NCBI RefSeq assembly: GCF_009914755.1
Contig: NC_060925.1
Length of the DNA: 64,000 bases
Direction: 5' to 3' (one strand)
Origin: the human T2T-CHM13v2.0 reference genome, Homo sapiens
Of the stretch, positions 42,369 to 56,618 are shown in pieces (within the stretch, counting starts at the first letter, position 1; every line of letters begins with the position of its first letter). The notes beneath the pieces are model-generated. The model was not told where the DNA came from. It saw only the letters and a list, made by a program, of their open reading frames with translations, and did not search any database. The position numbers and the translations under genes are program-made.

Positions 42369-44464
42369 CTGAAAGGGAAGAGAAGGTGGTGTCATCGAGA
42401 TACTTCAATTCCATTGTGCTTTTCCACAGGCTTTACATCCATTAACACTAAGCCTTACTGTAATCCCACAGCACAGGCGCTACCACCACTTGGTGGGTGA
42501 CAGCCTAGCTCCACCATTTCCTGACTTGCCCGATCTTCGTCTCAGTTACCAAGTGGTGGGGCTGGAATTCCAAGCCAGGCTAGACTCCCAAAGCCCTTGC
42601 TCTTTCCACTATGCCCTGCCGCATTCCAAAAGAACACAGTTGTTTTTTCAAGTCATTAGAGAAATGGGCCTAAAGTGGGACACTGAATGCGGCTGATGTG
42701 CAAGTCAGTGTGCAGTGATTGGGTAAGCCAGACCCACGGCAAGGGAAGGGTGAGCGATTTCATGTTCACCCCACCCCACCTGACTCAGCTTCCTCCTCAG
42801 CCTTTCAGAAGAGAAACCAGGGAGTGTTTCTGTTTATAAAGCAAAATGAAACAAAAACAACCTTCAACCCAAACCAGGCCATTTCTAACTCTCAGACAAA
42901 AAGAGGCAAGCTCTTGAGGCTCAAGTGCTGAATGATGCAGGCATGTGAGAGAGGAATAAGTGAGAGGTCACTTCCAAGTTCATTTCTGCTGCGGGAGCTC
43001 ATCGGGCTTTCATTGCATTTCCCATGCTAGTTACCAGGGGGAAGTAAATGTTGACAGAAGTTGGCTGAGTGGTGTGAAATGCTAAGGATGCTCCACTGTG
43101 GCAAGAGGTTCCTGGGTACCTGCTTGGTGTCAGAAGCTTTTCAAAGTTGGTCTCATTTTCACCATCAGCCAGTGATGAAGGGATTACTGTCCCCCGTTGA
43201 TAAATGGAGACACTAAGGCACGTGGAGATGAATTTGCCCAAGGTCCCGCTGCTGTAAGTGGCAGTACCTGACTTCAGTGCCAAGCGCACGGTGTGTGCTG
43301 TCTTGTTTACTCCTCACAACAAGCCTTTTACAGTGAGGTATGATCAGGGCTACTTTAAGGAAAGTGAGGCCCAGAGACACAGCTAGTAAGTGGCAAACCC
43401 CAGAGCTGAACCGAGACAGCCCGACTCCAGAGCTTGCTGTCTCCAATCTCTGCCACTCAGGCCTGTCCTGTCTCCACCATCCCTACTGCCTTCCTTAGGG
43501 TAGAAAGCCCAAGGTACCATCAGTGCCTTCCAGGACTTTCCAGTCTGGCTGGGCAGTGTGTAATTATGGTTTCATATAAGGGATAGGGTCAAAGTGCTGT
43601 TAACGGGTTCTTCTGTGCTGACTTTTAAATGCAGTGAGTCCTTTCACCCTTGCCCCATGGGAGGTGACGACAGGGGTGCTGATTCCTGCTTTAGGTGAGA
43701 ATGATCCCCGGTGGACGGAAGAGGAACTGACTGCCATGGAGAGTGAGGCAGGCAGCAGGAGGCACTGTGGAGCCAGGTACTCCAGCACCCCAGGCCGAGA
43801 GCCCAGGAGAACCCTCGTGTTGTGGATGCAGATGCGAAGGGCTATGGGGAGACAAGGAAGAGATTTTTCTAGGCAACTGTTTTCAGGGCAAGCATCAATT
43901 TCTCGAGTGCTCATTTTGTGCCATGCACTGTTCTGAGGACTTTACATGTACTATTAGCTCACTTAATCTCCATTTTAAAGAAGTTGGGGCCAAAAGAGAT
44001 AAGGCCCACATAACTAGTAAATGTCAGAGCCAGAACCGAGGCATTCTGACCACAGAGTCTGCTCTTAACCACGAAACCAAACTAATTCTCAAATGAGATT
44101 ACATAGGATTAAAAAAATCCCCACCGGGTTATGAATCAGAAATTGTAGTCTCAGTGCTGCCACACGCTAAGTGATCTTGAGCAAGTCACCTCTCTGGGCT
44201 TCCTTATTTGTAAGTCCAAGGTGTTGGGCCTTGGGTGCTTTTGAGCTTCCAGAGTCCCTGAATCTAGGAAAGCTGACACAGGAAGTGTCACTGTGACTCT
44301 TCTAGGTTTAAATAGTAGATAGTGAAGACACACACCTCTAGCTCCCGGTTATCACCACACTCTGAACCTGACCATCAGTTTGCAAGAATTTTCTGAGCAC
44401 TCATATGTGTCTGAGGAGCTAGGGGTTCCAGACAAAATGCAAGACCTAAATGCCGGCTCCATCC

Positions 44465-44605
44465 TACCTGCCCAGTTAAATTAGAATTTCAGATAAACTG
44501 CAGATGATGATTTTAGTATATCCCATGCAATATTTGGGACATACTTGTACTAACAGAGTTGCCATTTATCTGAAATTCTAATTTAACTGGACATCTTGTG
44601 TTTTC
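44465..44605. mobile_element. MER53 palindromic MITE
   Basis: 26-bp perfect inverted repeat around tcccatgcaatatttgggacatactt. Confidence 0.85.
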
Positions 44606-44779
44606 ATTTGCTGAAGCTCACAACTTTCCTGGGCTTTAACACACTTTAATTCTGCCACTTTGCATACTGGCTTGAGTCCAAGGCAAATGGCAAGAAGGCT
44701 GTTACCACTTAGCCTGGAGGAATGGAGTGCTGCCTGTTTGTTCTTAGTGAGCAAAAAGAGAGTCCTCCAGGCAGCGGCA

Positions 44780-44955
44780 GCTGGAGCTGGCCAGCGGCAG
44801 CTTGTGAGGACAACTGTTAAAAATTCCAAAATGTTGCTGCTGGTGGCTTGAAATTGGCCACGGTGGGAGTATTTATGTCACAAAAACGGGCAGATGCTAC
44901 ATCTCAGCACTTTTCTTCGAGGAGGGTAAATGGTGGTTGACCAGCACACCACCGC
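44780..44955. mobile_element. MER63-type hAT element (a related fragment lies at about 14100-14210)
   Basis: gcttgaaattggccacggtgggagtattt...gggcagatgctaca...ccagcacaccac. Confidence 0.7.
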
Positions 44956-47900
44956 CTTCGTGCAACGCCCAAGTAGGTCTCTGGGAGGGAAATGTCAAGC
45001 GTTCTCCTGTGACTTCTAGAGGTGGGCGGATGCCACCCTCAGAGAGGCCTTTCGCCTGTGCAAAAACAGTTCCTGCGACTGACATTCTGTGACTTGGATG
45101 AATTTAGCCTCTCAGAGCAAATCCCAGAGAACGAGAATCCAAGTTGTGACTGGTGTGAACTTAGCCACTCCTTGGTTTCTTGGCAAAAACCAAATAAACA
45201 AACAAAACAAAAACATGTATGGGGAGGGAGAAGGGAAGAGAACTCGCATTTACTAGTGCTCTAGGGAAGCCCTACCCACTGTCTCCTTTGCTGCCTCTAA
45301 GTGTGAGGATTGAAGGGGTCAATACACATAAAGTGGGTGGAACAGCGCCGATGCGGCCCGCCATCATCATCATCACCATCACCATCACCACGCACGATGT
45401 TGCCTGCTACTGCCTCCATGGAGCCAGGACCCTCCCTTGGGAGTCACAAACCTTCAGAGTGGGACTGAGCAGCTTATTAGCAGCCTGTTGAAGTGCCCTG
45501 CGTGGGATGGGGGCAAAAATGCAATTTAGCGGACACTGATTGAAACCTACTGTGCATCAGGACCTGTGCCAAGGATGGAAGATACAGGCGCAACCTGTTA
45601 GCAGCTCACAGGGTTTAGGAATGGGAGGAAGGAGATGTATCACAACAGTGCTCATGGATGGATGTGTGGTCGTGACTCCATGGGAAATGCGCAGATTTGA
45701 GTTGGGGGCATTTGATCCATTTTTGAGGGGTTTGTGGGGTCTGGAAAGGACAGCAATGACCACTGCCCAAGGAGCCCCTAGGCAGGTGGTGGAGGTAAGA
45801 CAGCACACACATTAACCTTGTGTCAAGGGCATAAGACGAGCTGTGGGAGGTGCCTCCACCTCGGGAAGATGCTGGGGAAACAGGGTCTGAGGACCAGGAG
45901 CTGCTACCTGGGTTCATCCTCACTCTGCCCAGCCTCCACTGCACCAGCTACTTCACCCTCTTTTCATCTCAGGATCATTATCTGAAAAGTATGGATAATG
46001 ATGGGATTTAGCTCATGGGGTTATTATGGGGATTAAATGAGGTAATAAATGCAAAGGTCTTTGAGGGGTACCTGGCATGTCATGAGTGCCAGCCCAGTGT
46101 TTGCAGACCCCTTAGGAAGGGGTACTGGTGACTGATACAGAGAAGTCAGGCTTCACAGAGCAGGGAGGCAGGACAGACCCTACTGTGGGTCAGATATGCA
46201 GCTGAGGGCACACTTGGGGCAGCTGTCCCCTTGAACATGGTGACTTCTGCAAACTGAACCTCTTTCATTTGAACATCCCTGGTCTAGTGTCATATCAAGT
46301 TAATAAGTGAACAATATTAACTTTGTACGATTTCATCACAAATTAACCACTGGCTGGCTTCCCATTTGGGAGGGTAGATTTACTATGTAATGGTATTAAC
46401 ATATATTTTTAAATTGTGCCCATCTAGAGCACATGGTACCTATGTCCTACCTGTATTTATTTATTCAAGCCTGGAAGGGATGAGGTGTAGAACCATGAAA
46501 TACTCATTCCTGGCAAGGGCTTACCTACCTATTACAACATCTTTATTTTTAGGATGAGGAAACAGAGAAGCAAAGACATTAAGTGGTGTCCTTAGGGGTA
46601 CACAGTTTGGGAAACAGTGACCACAATCCAGGGTGAAGTGGAGACAGAAACAGGGAGGCGGGGGTAGAAAATGGCCGGCAGGCTGCTGGGCCATGCTCTG
46701 CCACATAGATCAGGCATGTCTCTTCACCTACGCAAAGTTACCAGCACATCTGTAAATAACTCGAAAATGTTCAGGAAAACAGACTTCATTTCTAGCAGCC
46801 AAAATTGCCAGTCCCGACACTGAGCTCTGTGAAGGATTCACTGTACTCTGCAGTAAGATTCTCATGGGGAATGTGAGCTGGGCAAGGAGACCTTGATGGT
46901 TCACTGCAAAGTTAGCCTCACAAGGTAAGTGCACATTTCAAAGGGCACTGATTCTCTGTGTCAAAGATGTGCTAAGGTGGGCCACAGGACTACTGCGAGG
47001 AGGCAGCCATGTTCGATCTGGAGCAACGGTGTGGGTGACTAATGCTTTAAGAAGGGTGGTGAAGCCCTGGAGTTTTCAAATCTGTCTTTAATTTGTATTG
47101 CCTCACTAAATTATCAGGTGATGTTAAACAAGATCTTTAACTTCTCAATGGCCATTTCCCTCGGGAAAAATGAGAACGAACATAGAATAGGAATTTGTTT
47201 TTCTGTTTTTATAACTTGAGGAGACCACAAAAATTATATAATACAAATTTTATGTTTCAGTTGAGGAAACTGAAGCCCAGAAAAGTCAAGTGACTGGTTT
47301 AAAGGCACAGAGCCAGTGACAGAGTAGGACACGGAAAGCCTGATTGATGGATCCCCTGCCCTTTCCATAAAATTCCATCCTTATTTCTAAAATGCTTACA
47401 AATGCTGAGATGAAAGTTTTCATGTTGTCAAGTAACACGACCACATTTAAAAAGTTGGAACCCAATCTCTGAGCAATTCCCATCTCTATTCGATGCTGCC
47501 TGTAGGTTTGGCTACCTGCCTCCTTGGTTCCTTTAGTCAAAAACGTTCTGAGAAGCAATCATCTTTTAAAACACTAACTTGACAAGTGAGCCGGCTTGCT
47601 TTCTGAATTTGAGTGTTCAGAACTAGATCACGGGGAATGGGGCCCATCCACGGTAGCTGACATCCTCCCCTGTCTTCAGCTTGGTCTGTGTTGCTAAGGC
47701 CTCTTCAGAAACTTGCTGACTTTCACAGGCCAAATTTACAGCTTTGCGGGCCACAAAGGCAGGTGTGGTGCAGTGTGTGGAAAGAGCAAGAGGCTTTGGA
47801 GTGAACTAGACCTGGGTTGAGGTCTAATTCTTTCAACATTGATTCAGCAAACATTTACTTTGAGCCTCTTAAGTGCCAAACCCTGCATTGTGTGACCTTG

Positions 47901-48796
47901 GGTGGGTCATTGAACTTCCCTAAGCCTCGGTTTCCTCTTCTGTTAAATTAAAATAATAAACCCTTCCTTTCAGCATTGTTCTGAGGATTAGAGATAAAAG
48001 GCAGTCTAAAAGTACACATAGTAAGGATAAGTAAATGGTGGCTGCTATTGTTTTTATCGGAGGCTGGGCTGCAAATATCCTAGAGAGGGACAATATATTA
48101 TCATTAAATTGACAAATGGGAAACCAGACAGAAAATGGGAAAGAGCCAAACAGTTAAAACAGAGAAACTAGGGAGAGAAGAAAACTCCTGAGCAAATATG
48201 TATTATCTTTGGAGAAAACCTACAAGTGATTTAAAACTGTGTGTGTGTGTTTGTGTGCGTACACTCTATTCTTTATTATTTGCTTTCTTAGAATCCTAAA
48301 ATATCAGAAGTGGAAGAAACTTGAAACATTCTCTAGTTCAGCGTTCTCATCTACCAAGGAGGAATCAGGCTGAGGGCACCAGGGCTGGCCAAGGCCCCTC
48401 ACTACATGCCTTGGCTCCGTTCAGAACCTAGATCTCCTCATTCCCTCTCTGCCATCTGGGCAAGGTAATAAGATGAAAACCATTTTTAGAGTGCAGCAAA
48501 AGATATGTGAAATGAGGACTCCTCCAAAAGAACAGTATTCTAAAGGTCTTGCTTAAATGAATGAAGGAATGAAAAACTTTTTAGACTCTAAGGACGCCTG
48601 TGAGTTGCTTCTGTCCCCTGCTGGTGAGAGAGGAGAAAGTCAGGTCCCAGAAATCCCAAAGATTAAATAAGGACCGGTCAGGAACCACGCAGAACTTTCC
48701 AGGTTAGAGAGGAAAAGAGATGCGGCAAGATTTAGGGAAGGGGGGGTGGTGGGTGACACAGGAATATGATAACACATTGTTGTTGTGGTGGTGGTG

Positions 48797-49083
48797 ATTT
48801 TGAGATGGAGTCTCATTCTGTCGCCCAGGCTGAAGTCCAGTAGTGCGATCTCGGCTCACTACAATCTCTGCCTCCTAGGTTCATGTGATTCTCCTGCCTC
48901 AGGAGAGGCAGTAGTTGGGTCTACAGGTGTGCGCCACCACTCCCAGCTAATTTTTGTATTTTTAGTAGAGATGGGGTTTCACCATGTTGGCCAGGCTGGT
49001 CTCGAACTTGTGACCTCAGGTGATCTGTCTACCTTGGCCTCCCAAACTGCTGGGATTACAGGTGTGAGCCACTGCACCCGGCT
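48797..49083 (-). mobile_element. Alu (S-type), TSD ataacacattgtt
   Basis: Antisense Alu. Confidence 0.9.
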
Positions 49084-49165
49084 AATAACACATTGTTTAA
49101 GGAAGTTTTTTTTTGTTTTTTGTTTTTTTGTTTTTAAAGTAGGGCAGGGCTCATTACAAAGGTAA

Positions 49166-49489
49166 TTTTTTTTTTTTTTATTTCAGAGAGGGTCTAGCTC
49201 TGTCACCCAGGCTAGGGTACAGTTGCGCTATCTTGGTTCAATGCAGCCTCGACCTCCTCAGGTTCAGGTGATCCTCCTTCCTCAGCCTCTTGAGTAGCTG
49301 GGTCTACAGGCACACACCACTATGCCAAGCTAATTTTTGTACTTTTTTCTTTTCTTTTCTTTTCTTGTAGAGATTGGGTTTTGCTATGTTGCCTGGGCTG
49401 ATCTGAAACTCCTGGCTCAAGCAATTAATTCTCCCACCTCAGCTTCCCAAAGTGCTGGGATTACAGGCATAAGCCACCGTGCCCGGCCC
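49166..49489 (-). mobile_element. Alu (J-type), TSD caaaggtaatt
   Basis: Diverged antisense Alu. Confidence 0.88.
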
Positions 49490-49927
49490 TCCAAAGGTAA
49501 TTCTAGATGTATTCGACTCTTCTTTTCCTCTTGTGTTATTTGAAGTCATGTGATTTCCTCTCACAAGGATGGGGAAGATTTTTTTTTAATCTTTTACTTA
49601 ATTGATAACACTTGGGAATTTTTGCAATTTTTTAGCTTTATGATGATTTTTAAAATATATTGTTTTCTTAAAATAGTTTTGGTCCAGTTCAATATTTTTG
49701 GCGCCATAAATCCAGACACAGTTGTTTTTCCCTGGATGTCCCATTTTTCAGGCTCGTTCTTACAGTTAGTCCAGTCGGTGCCCCTCAGTGGAGCTGGTGC
49801 CGCGGCTCCTGGGAGCACACTGCCCTCCACTGTCCACAGAAAGACACAGCAGCCAGACAGAACGTGCCTGTCCCGCAAGGCTAAAATCCAGACTAAAACG
49901 AAAGAACCCCTGAGACAACGTCATTAC

Positions 49928-50046
49928 CTTCTTATGAGGAAATCTCTTGGCCTGACTATTGAATCCTTTTTTTTCTGATTCTGGGATTACTGAAGCTTGA
50001 GATTTAAAAGGAATGGAGGATTGTGTTGGATATGCAGCAGTAAAAC
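49928..50046 (-). CDS. STPG1: STPG1 exon 3 ([40 protein letters not shown])
   Basis: tttag acceptor, AAG/gtaatg donor, 119 nt. Confidence 0.94.
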
Positions 50047-50589
50047 CTAAACAACAAAAATGGAGTAAAATCAAAATGAATACAAAACAATGATTGACAA
50101 ATGTGGAAAACACAAAGGTGTATATTAAAGTTTTATTTTAAATGGTAGAGAAGAGAAACTTGCCTTTTGACAGGAAACAGACACGAAACCGGATTAAAAA
50201 AAAAAATTCCCCACTTTCTTTCCCTCTCGGCAATTTATCGGACTTCCCCCCTCCAGCTCTTAAATTAGTGAGATGTGGTCACATAAAGTACCTTAAACAG
50301 GCTGTCCCGGAGAAAAGGAAGGAGATGATAGTAAAGACATTCTTGCCAGGCAGGAAGGAGACAGCAAAACTATTCTGGGAGCAGCCTGGACGAGGCGCGG
50401 TCAGGACAGAGGAAGCGTCCTCACTGCTCCTTGGCCTAGATTCAGACACCAGCATTAGGCCGTTAAAATCCAAAGAGGTTAGGGAAATCCCAGCCTGGGG
50501 CTGGCTCTCACTTTTCAGGGCACTGTGCAAGACAGGTGTAAGTTTTCGTTTCTGTTTTGAGCAGACATGGGGTTAAAAAGCAGAAAGGG

Positions 50590-51160
50590 ATCATCTATAG
50601 AAACTGAAGTTAAAAGTTCCTTTGTCTAGGCTGCGATGTATACATGCATGTCTGATGTATAAACTCCCCTCCTGCTGAGACTTCCACAACTGCTAGAACT
50701 TGGCAGCATCTGTCTGCATAGCAGGTTGATTATAGACTCTAACCTGTAAGTGTAATGGACTCTGACTCCAGTTTTTTGATGTTTGATGGCTGATAGCTCT
50801 TCAGCTTCACCACTCCCTCATTCCCTTCTGCCCTACCACTGGGCAAGCGGATGAGAAAGCCCAGAGCTCCCTCCTGTGGCACCAGCTGGAAGTTCAAACC
50901 ACGCAGACCCCTGCCCTCAGTCCAGCCTCGCTTTCCAACCATAAGAAAACCCCCAAGCCAGGCTCCTTTCCCTGCTCTCTCAAGCCATTATTGGATCAGG
51001 TTAGGAAGGCTGTGCTGCTGTCCTCAGAAGGCCTCACTATGTGGGTGATAAGCCTTTTCCTACACTCTTCATGAGCGTGTGTGTGGCACCGTAAGTCTTG
51101 ACATCCAAACCAAATTTTGGGTGGGGGGGTGCATCCTGACTCTGTAGGCTGTTCACAACA
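50590..51160 (+). mobile_element. Solo LTR, LTR40-like (ERVL class)
   Basis: 3' end gtcttgacatccaaaccaaattttgggtgggggg...cacaaca and ctctcaagccatt resemble the LTR40 consensus (recall). Confidence 0.65.
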
Positions 51161-53789
51161 GTAAGCCAAATTATTTTAACATCAGAATCCTAACCTTCAG
51201 AGAGGAAATACGCGCAGAAATGGGGGAAAAAAAAAACAGTCAAGAGAAGGAAAGAAGAAAGTATGTGTTAGCCATGACAGAGGGTGGTTTGTATGGAAAC
51301 TATCAGTAAGGCTCATTTCTTCATCTCTGAATTTTTTTAAAAAACAATACTCCTTTTCAGAGCAGGAAGCCTGAAGACAACAGGGACCCCTCAAGGGGTA
51401 CAATCATGAACCAGCTTCACAGTTGAGGAAACTGAGGCTTAGAGGGATTAAGTTACTCATCCGAATCACCCAGCACTTAAGCGGAACAGGTAGGGTGTGA
51501 ACATGATTTGCCTAATGAGTCCAGGCTCTTGAGCTCTGAGCTGTGCTTCCTCTTCCTGAGCTGGCCTCTAGTAAGTGCTCAATAAACACGATGGGGAGAG
51601 GGACACTGAAGCCTAATCTGCCTGGGTGGAGGATGAAGCAAGTAAAAGGAGCTGAATACGTGTTTAAGTAGAAAATATTTGGGGATACCAATATACAGTA
51701 AATGTATTCTTCTCCTCCCCTCCCCATTTAAGTAGATGAATGGCTATGTTTTTGGTTTGTTTGCTTTAAGAGAGCTATACAGCAAATCAAAAGGCAGAAG
51801 CAGCTGCAAGACTTCCTGGCTTTTGTTTCTAAAAGCCTAAGCCTATAGAACAGCTAAGAGAGTGTGCAGAGGAGGCAGTAAAGAGAGAGTTATTTAAAAA
51901 AGGTTAAAGGAAGGACATTCTCCTGGGGAAAGGAGAGGTTTCTGCCTGACTGGAAAGGAGATCCAAGGCTTCTGGCTATAACAGAAATGCATGTGTCAGA
52001 GCAGCCCTCTTGATGAAACAATTTAAAAAGTAGAATTTTTGAAAAACACTCTGGATGACTGAACTCCTATTTCTTACCAAAACAGGACTAGATTTGCCCT
52101 CCCAGCTGGAAAAAAAAAGTTAAAAATGGGCAAGATATATAAAGCAATCAAGATACTGGACATCAGGCAACAAAGGACAGGGATCCCTGAGAGAAGCAAA
52201 GTAAATGAGGTTGGCAATAAGATGGTCCCCAGCTTTCTGCCAGGAGAAAATCTCAAGACCACAGCACAGGAAGAAGGGATCCAGATGGAGCCCCGTGGTC
52301 TTCCTGAGTTGAGGAAATAGATCTGGGAGTCCAGAAAGACCAAGACAGCTAAGTTCACAGAGCAGAGTACCAGAGAAGAGAGAGCTACCCAGATGGAGAG
52401 CTATGGAGCTCTGCAACGGGGTCCCCTGAGTAAGTTCCTGGGTATTGACCAACACATGGCATGAGAAAACTACCCAGGGCTGGAGAAGGAACCGCCTGGC
52501 AGAATTCAAGTGAGCAATCCCTGAGGCTTCCACAGGGCCGGGAATAGCTCCTGTTTTCATGAGTCACAGCGGGAAAACCTCATAATTCATGGAACATAGA
52601 GTATGCAGGAGGGTTTCGCCTCAGAAATGGGGCAAAATTACCCCTAGACTAAATACTGCTCTGGTTCCAGCTAACAAAGCTTTAAAGCAGGACCTGAAAA
52701 GATCAAACTGTCTCCAAATAATTTAACTGCATCTCAGAACAAAGCACAAGAATATTTATGGGACTACAAAAATAGCACCTAAGAGGTAAAATTCAAAATA
52801 CCTGGCATTGATAAAAAATTAATAGGAGGAAGAAGGAAAAATATACTTCAAAGTGGGGAGAAAATAAATGATCAAAACCAACTCAGAAATGATACAGATG
52901 ATAGAATTAGTGGAGAAGAACATTATAACTGCTGCACTAACTGTATTTCATATGTTCAAGAAGCCAGAGAAAAGACTGAACATATTAAGTAGATATGGAA
53001 GATATAATGACAAGATCCAAATCGAACTACCAGATGTGAAAACTAAATGTCTGAGATTAAAAATACACTAGATGAGATGAATAGCAAATTAGACATTAGA
53101 GGAAAAAAAGATTAGTAAACTTGAAGACCTAGAAATAAAACTATACAAAATAAAACAGAAAAAGGACAAGAAAAAGGATTAGTGAGCTGTGTGGAAACTT
53201 TGAGGAGCCTAATATATATGTAATCAGGCTCTCAAAAAAAGAAATATGAGGAGAGAAGAAATAGAAAAAAATAGTTCAAGAAAAAATGGTTGAAATTTTT
53301 CCAAATTTGATTAAAAAAACTATTGACTCACAGATTCAAGAAAGTCACTTAACATCAAATACAAGAAACATGAAGAAAATGACACCGTAGGCCAACCATA
53401 ATCAAATTGCTTAAAAAGTGATAAGAAGAAAATGTTAAAATTGGGCAGAGAAAAAAGACATGTCACATATGAAGAAACAAATACGAGAATGACAGCAGAT
53501 TGATACTGAAAACAACACCTTTAAGGCAATAAAAGGAAAAAAAAAACCTGTCACCCTAGAATCCTGTACTCAGTAAAAATATCTTCAAAAGCAAAAGCAG
53601 AATAAAAACTTTTAAAACTATATAAATATTGAAAGAATCATCAGCAAATGGGAGCTACAAGAAATGTTAAGGGAAGCCCTTCAGGCCAAAGAAAATGATA
53701 CCAGTAGGAAATCTGAATCACATAAAGGAATGAAGCTCTGGAAATAGTAAATATGTGGGTAAATAGAAAATATAAAATTATGAGTATAA

Positions 53790-54099
<310 letters not shown>

Positions 54100-54148
54100 T
54101 TGAATAATTTAAATATAACATTTTAAACATTTAAAAAGTAATGATTAC

Positions 54149-54487
<339 letters not shown>

Positions 54488-54568
54488 CTACTATATGTGA
54501 AGTGTTATAATATCACTTGATGGTAGACCATGATAAGTTAAAGATATATACTATAAACTCTAAAGTAT

Positions 54569-55038
54569 GTAGGGATCAACGAACTTTTTCTAAGGGCCAG
54601 ATAGTACATATCTGTCTATCTATCTATCCATCTATAGCTATCTATCTATCTATCTATCTATCTATCTGTCATCTATCTATCTTATTGATCTATATTTTGA
54701 GACAGGGTCTTGCTCTGTTGCCCAGGTTGGAGTGCAGTGGTGCAGTCATAGTTCATTGCAGCCTTGACCTCCTGGGCTTAAGCAATCCTCCTGCCTCAGC
54801 CTCCCAAAGTTCTGGGATTGCAAGTGTGAGCCACCATGCCTGGCTAGATAGTAAATATTTTAGTCTTTGCAGTCTATTTATTCTCTGTGGCAACTATTCA
54901 GTGCTGCCATTATGGAGTAAAAGCAGCCACAGACAATACATAAACAAACTGGGGTGGCCGTGTTCCAATAAAACTTTATTAATAGAAATAGGCAGTGGGT
55001 CAGATTTGGTCCAAGGAGCAAAGTTTGCCAACTGTTGC
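54569..55038. mobile_element. MER58A interrupted by an antisense Alu monomer (about 54697-54845) with a (TCTA)n tail (about 54610-54692)
   Basis: aagggccagatagta|aatatttt...aaagcagccacagacaatac...tgttccaataaaacttta; agatagta duplicated on both sides of the Alu. Confidence 0.82.
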
Positions 55039-56069
55039 TTTAAGGTAACCACTAGGAAAATACTACAAGGAGTTATTCCTAATAGGCTAACAAAGGAGAT
55101 AAAATTGAAGCATTAAAAATAATACAAGAGACAGAGAAAAGGTAAATAAAGAACAGATGGGACGAATAGAAAGCAAGTCACAAGATGATAGACTTAAACT
55201 TATACACCAATAATCACATTAAATGTAAATAATCTAAATATCCCAATTAAAAAACAGAGATTCTCAGATTGGATAAGAAAGAAAGACCCAACTATATGTT
55301 ACCTTGGAGAAACATACTTGAAATATAAACTCAGAAATAAGTTAAAAGTAAAATAATGGAAAAAGATTTACTATGCTAACACTAATCAAAAGATAGTTAG
55401 ATATTATCAGATAAAGTAGATTTCAGAGCAAAAAATATTACCTGCAATAAAGAGGGTCATTTCATAATGGGGTCATTATGAGCAGTCAGCTCCTCAAGAG
55501 AACATAACAGTCCTAAATGCTGATGTACCCAATAAAAAGAGATTGAAAATATAAGAAGCAGAAACTGATAAAACTGCGAGAAAAAGTAGAAAATTTCACA
55601 ATTATAGTCAGAGATCTCAAAACATCTCCCTCGATAATTTAAACAAGTAGATAGATCAGTAAAGATATATGAAACCTGAACAAAACTATTACCTAACCTG
55701 ACCTAATTGGCATTTATAGAACACTCCACCTATCAATTCCATACAAGCTGTCCCAGAAAACTGAAGAGGAAAAGACATTTCCAAACTCATTCAATGAGGC
55801 AACCACTACCTGATACCAAAACTATATGGCATCATTACAAGAGGGAAAAAGATCACTAGAGGTCAACAGCCCTCATAAACATAAATACATAAATCCTTAG
55901 AAAAATTTTAGCGAATCAAACCAGACAATATATAAAAAGATAATACATCGTGACCAACCCCAGTAATGCAAAAATAGTTTAATATTTAAAAATCAATATA
56001 ATTCATCATATTAACGGACTAAAAAAGAAAAACCATACGAGTATCTCAACAGATTAAAAAAATCATATA

Positions 56070-56618
56070 CCTGTAACATGTACTCTTTTTGTCTGGCTTC
56101 TTTCACTCAGCATAATTACTATGAGATTCATCTCTGTTGCTGATATATCAATACTCCATTGCTTTTTATTGTTGAGTAATATTCCATTGTATAAAAACAT
56201 GATGTTTATTCACTGGTGATGTAAATTTGAGTTGTCGCCAGTTTGGGGGCATTACAAATAAAACTGCTATGAGCATTTTATCTACAAGTCTTTAAATGGA
56301 CATAAGCTTTCATTTTGCGGGGTAAATGCCTAGGAGTGGAATGACTAGATCATATGTTTAACTTTTTAAAAAACTGTCAAACTATTTTTCATAGTCGTTG
56401 TACTTTTGCACATCCCCACTATTAGCGTATGAAAATTTCTATGACTTCACATTCTTATCAGCAATGGGAAGTCTTTTTAATCTCAGGCATCCCATTAGGT
56501 ATGTAATGGTATCTCATTATGGTTTTAATTTGCATTTCCCTAATGACTAATGATGCTAAGCAGTCCTTCATATGCTATTTTCCCTCTGTATATCTTTTTT
56601 TTGGTGAAGTAACTGTTT
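56070..56618 (-). mobile_element. Antisense L1 3' fragment nested in the sense L1
   Basis: T-rich tctggcttctttcactcagcata...ttaatttgcatttccctaatgactaatgatg; the host L1 resumes at 56619. Confidence 0.82.
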
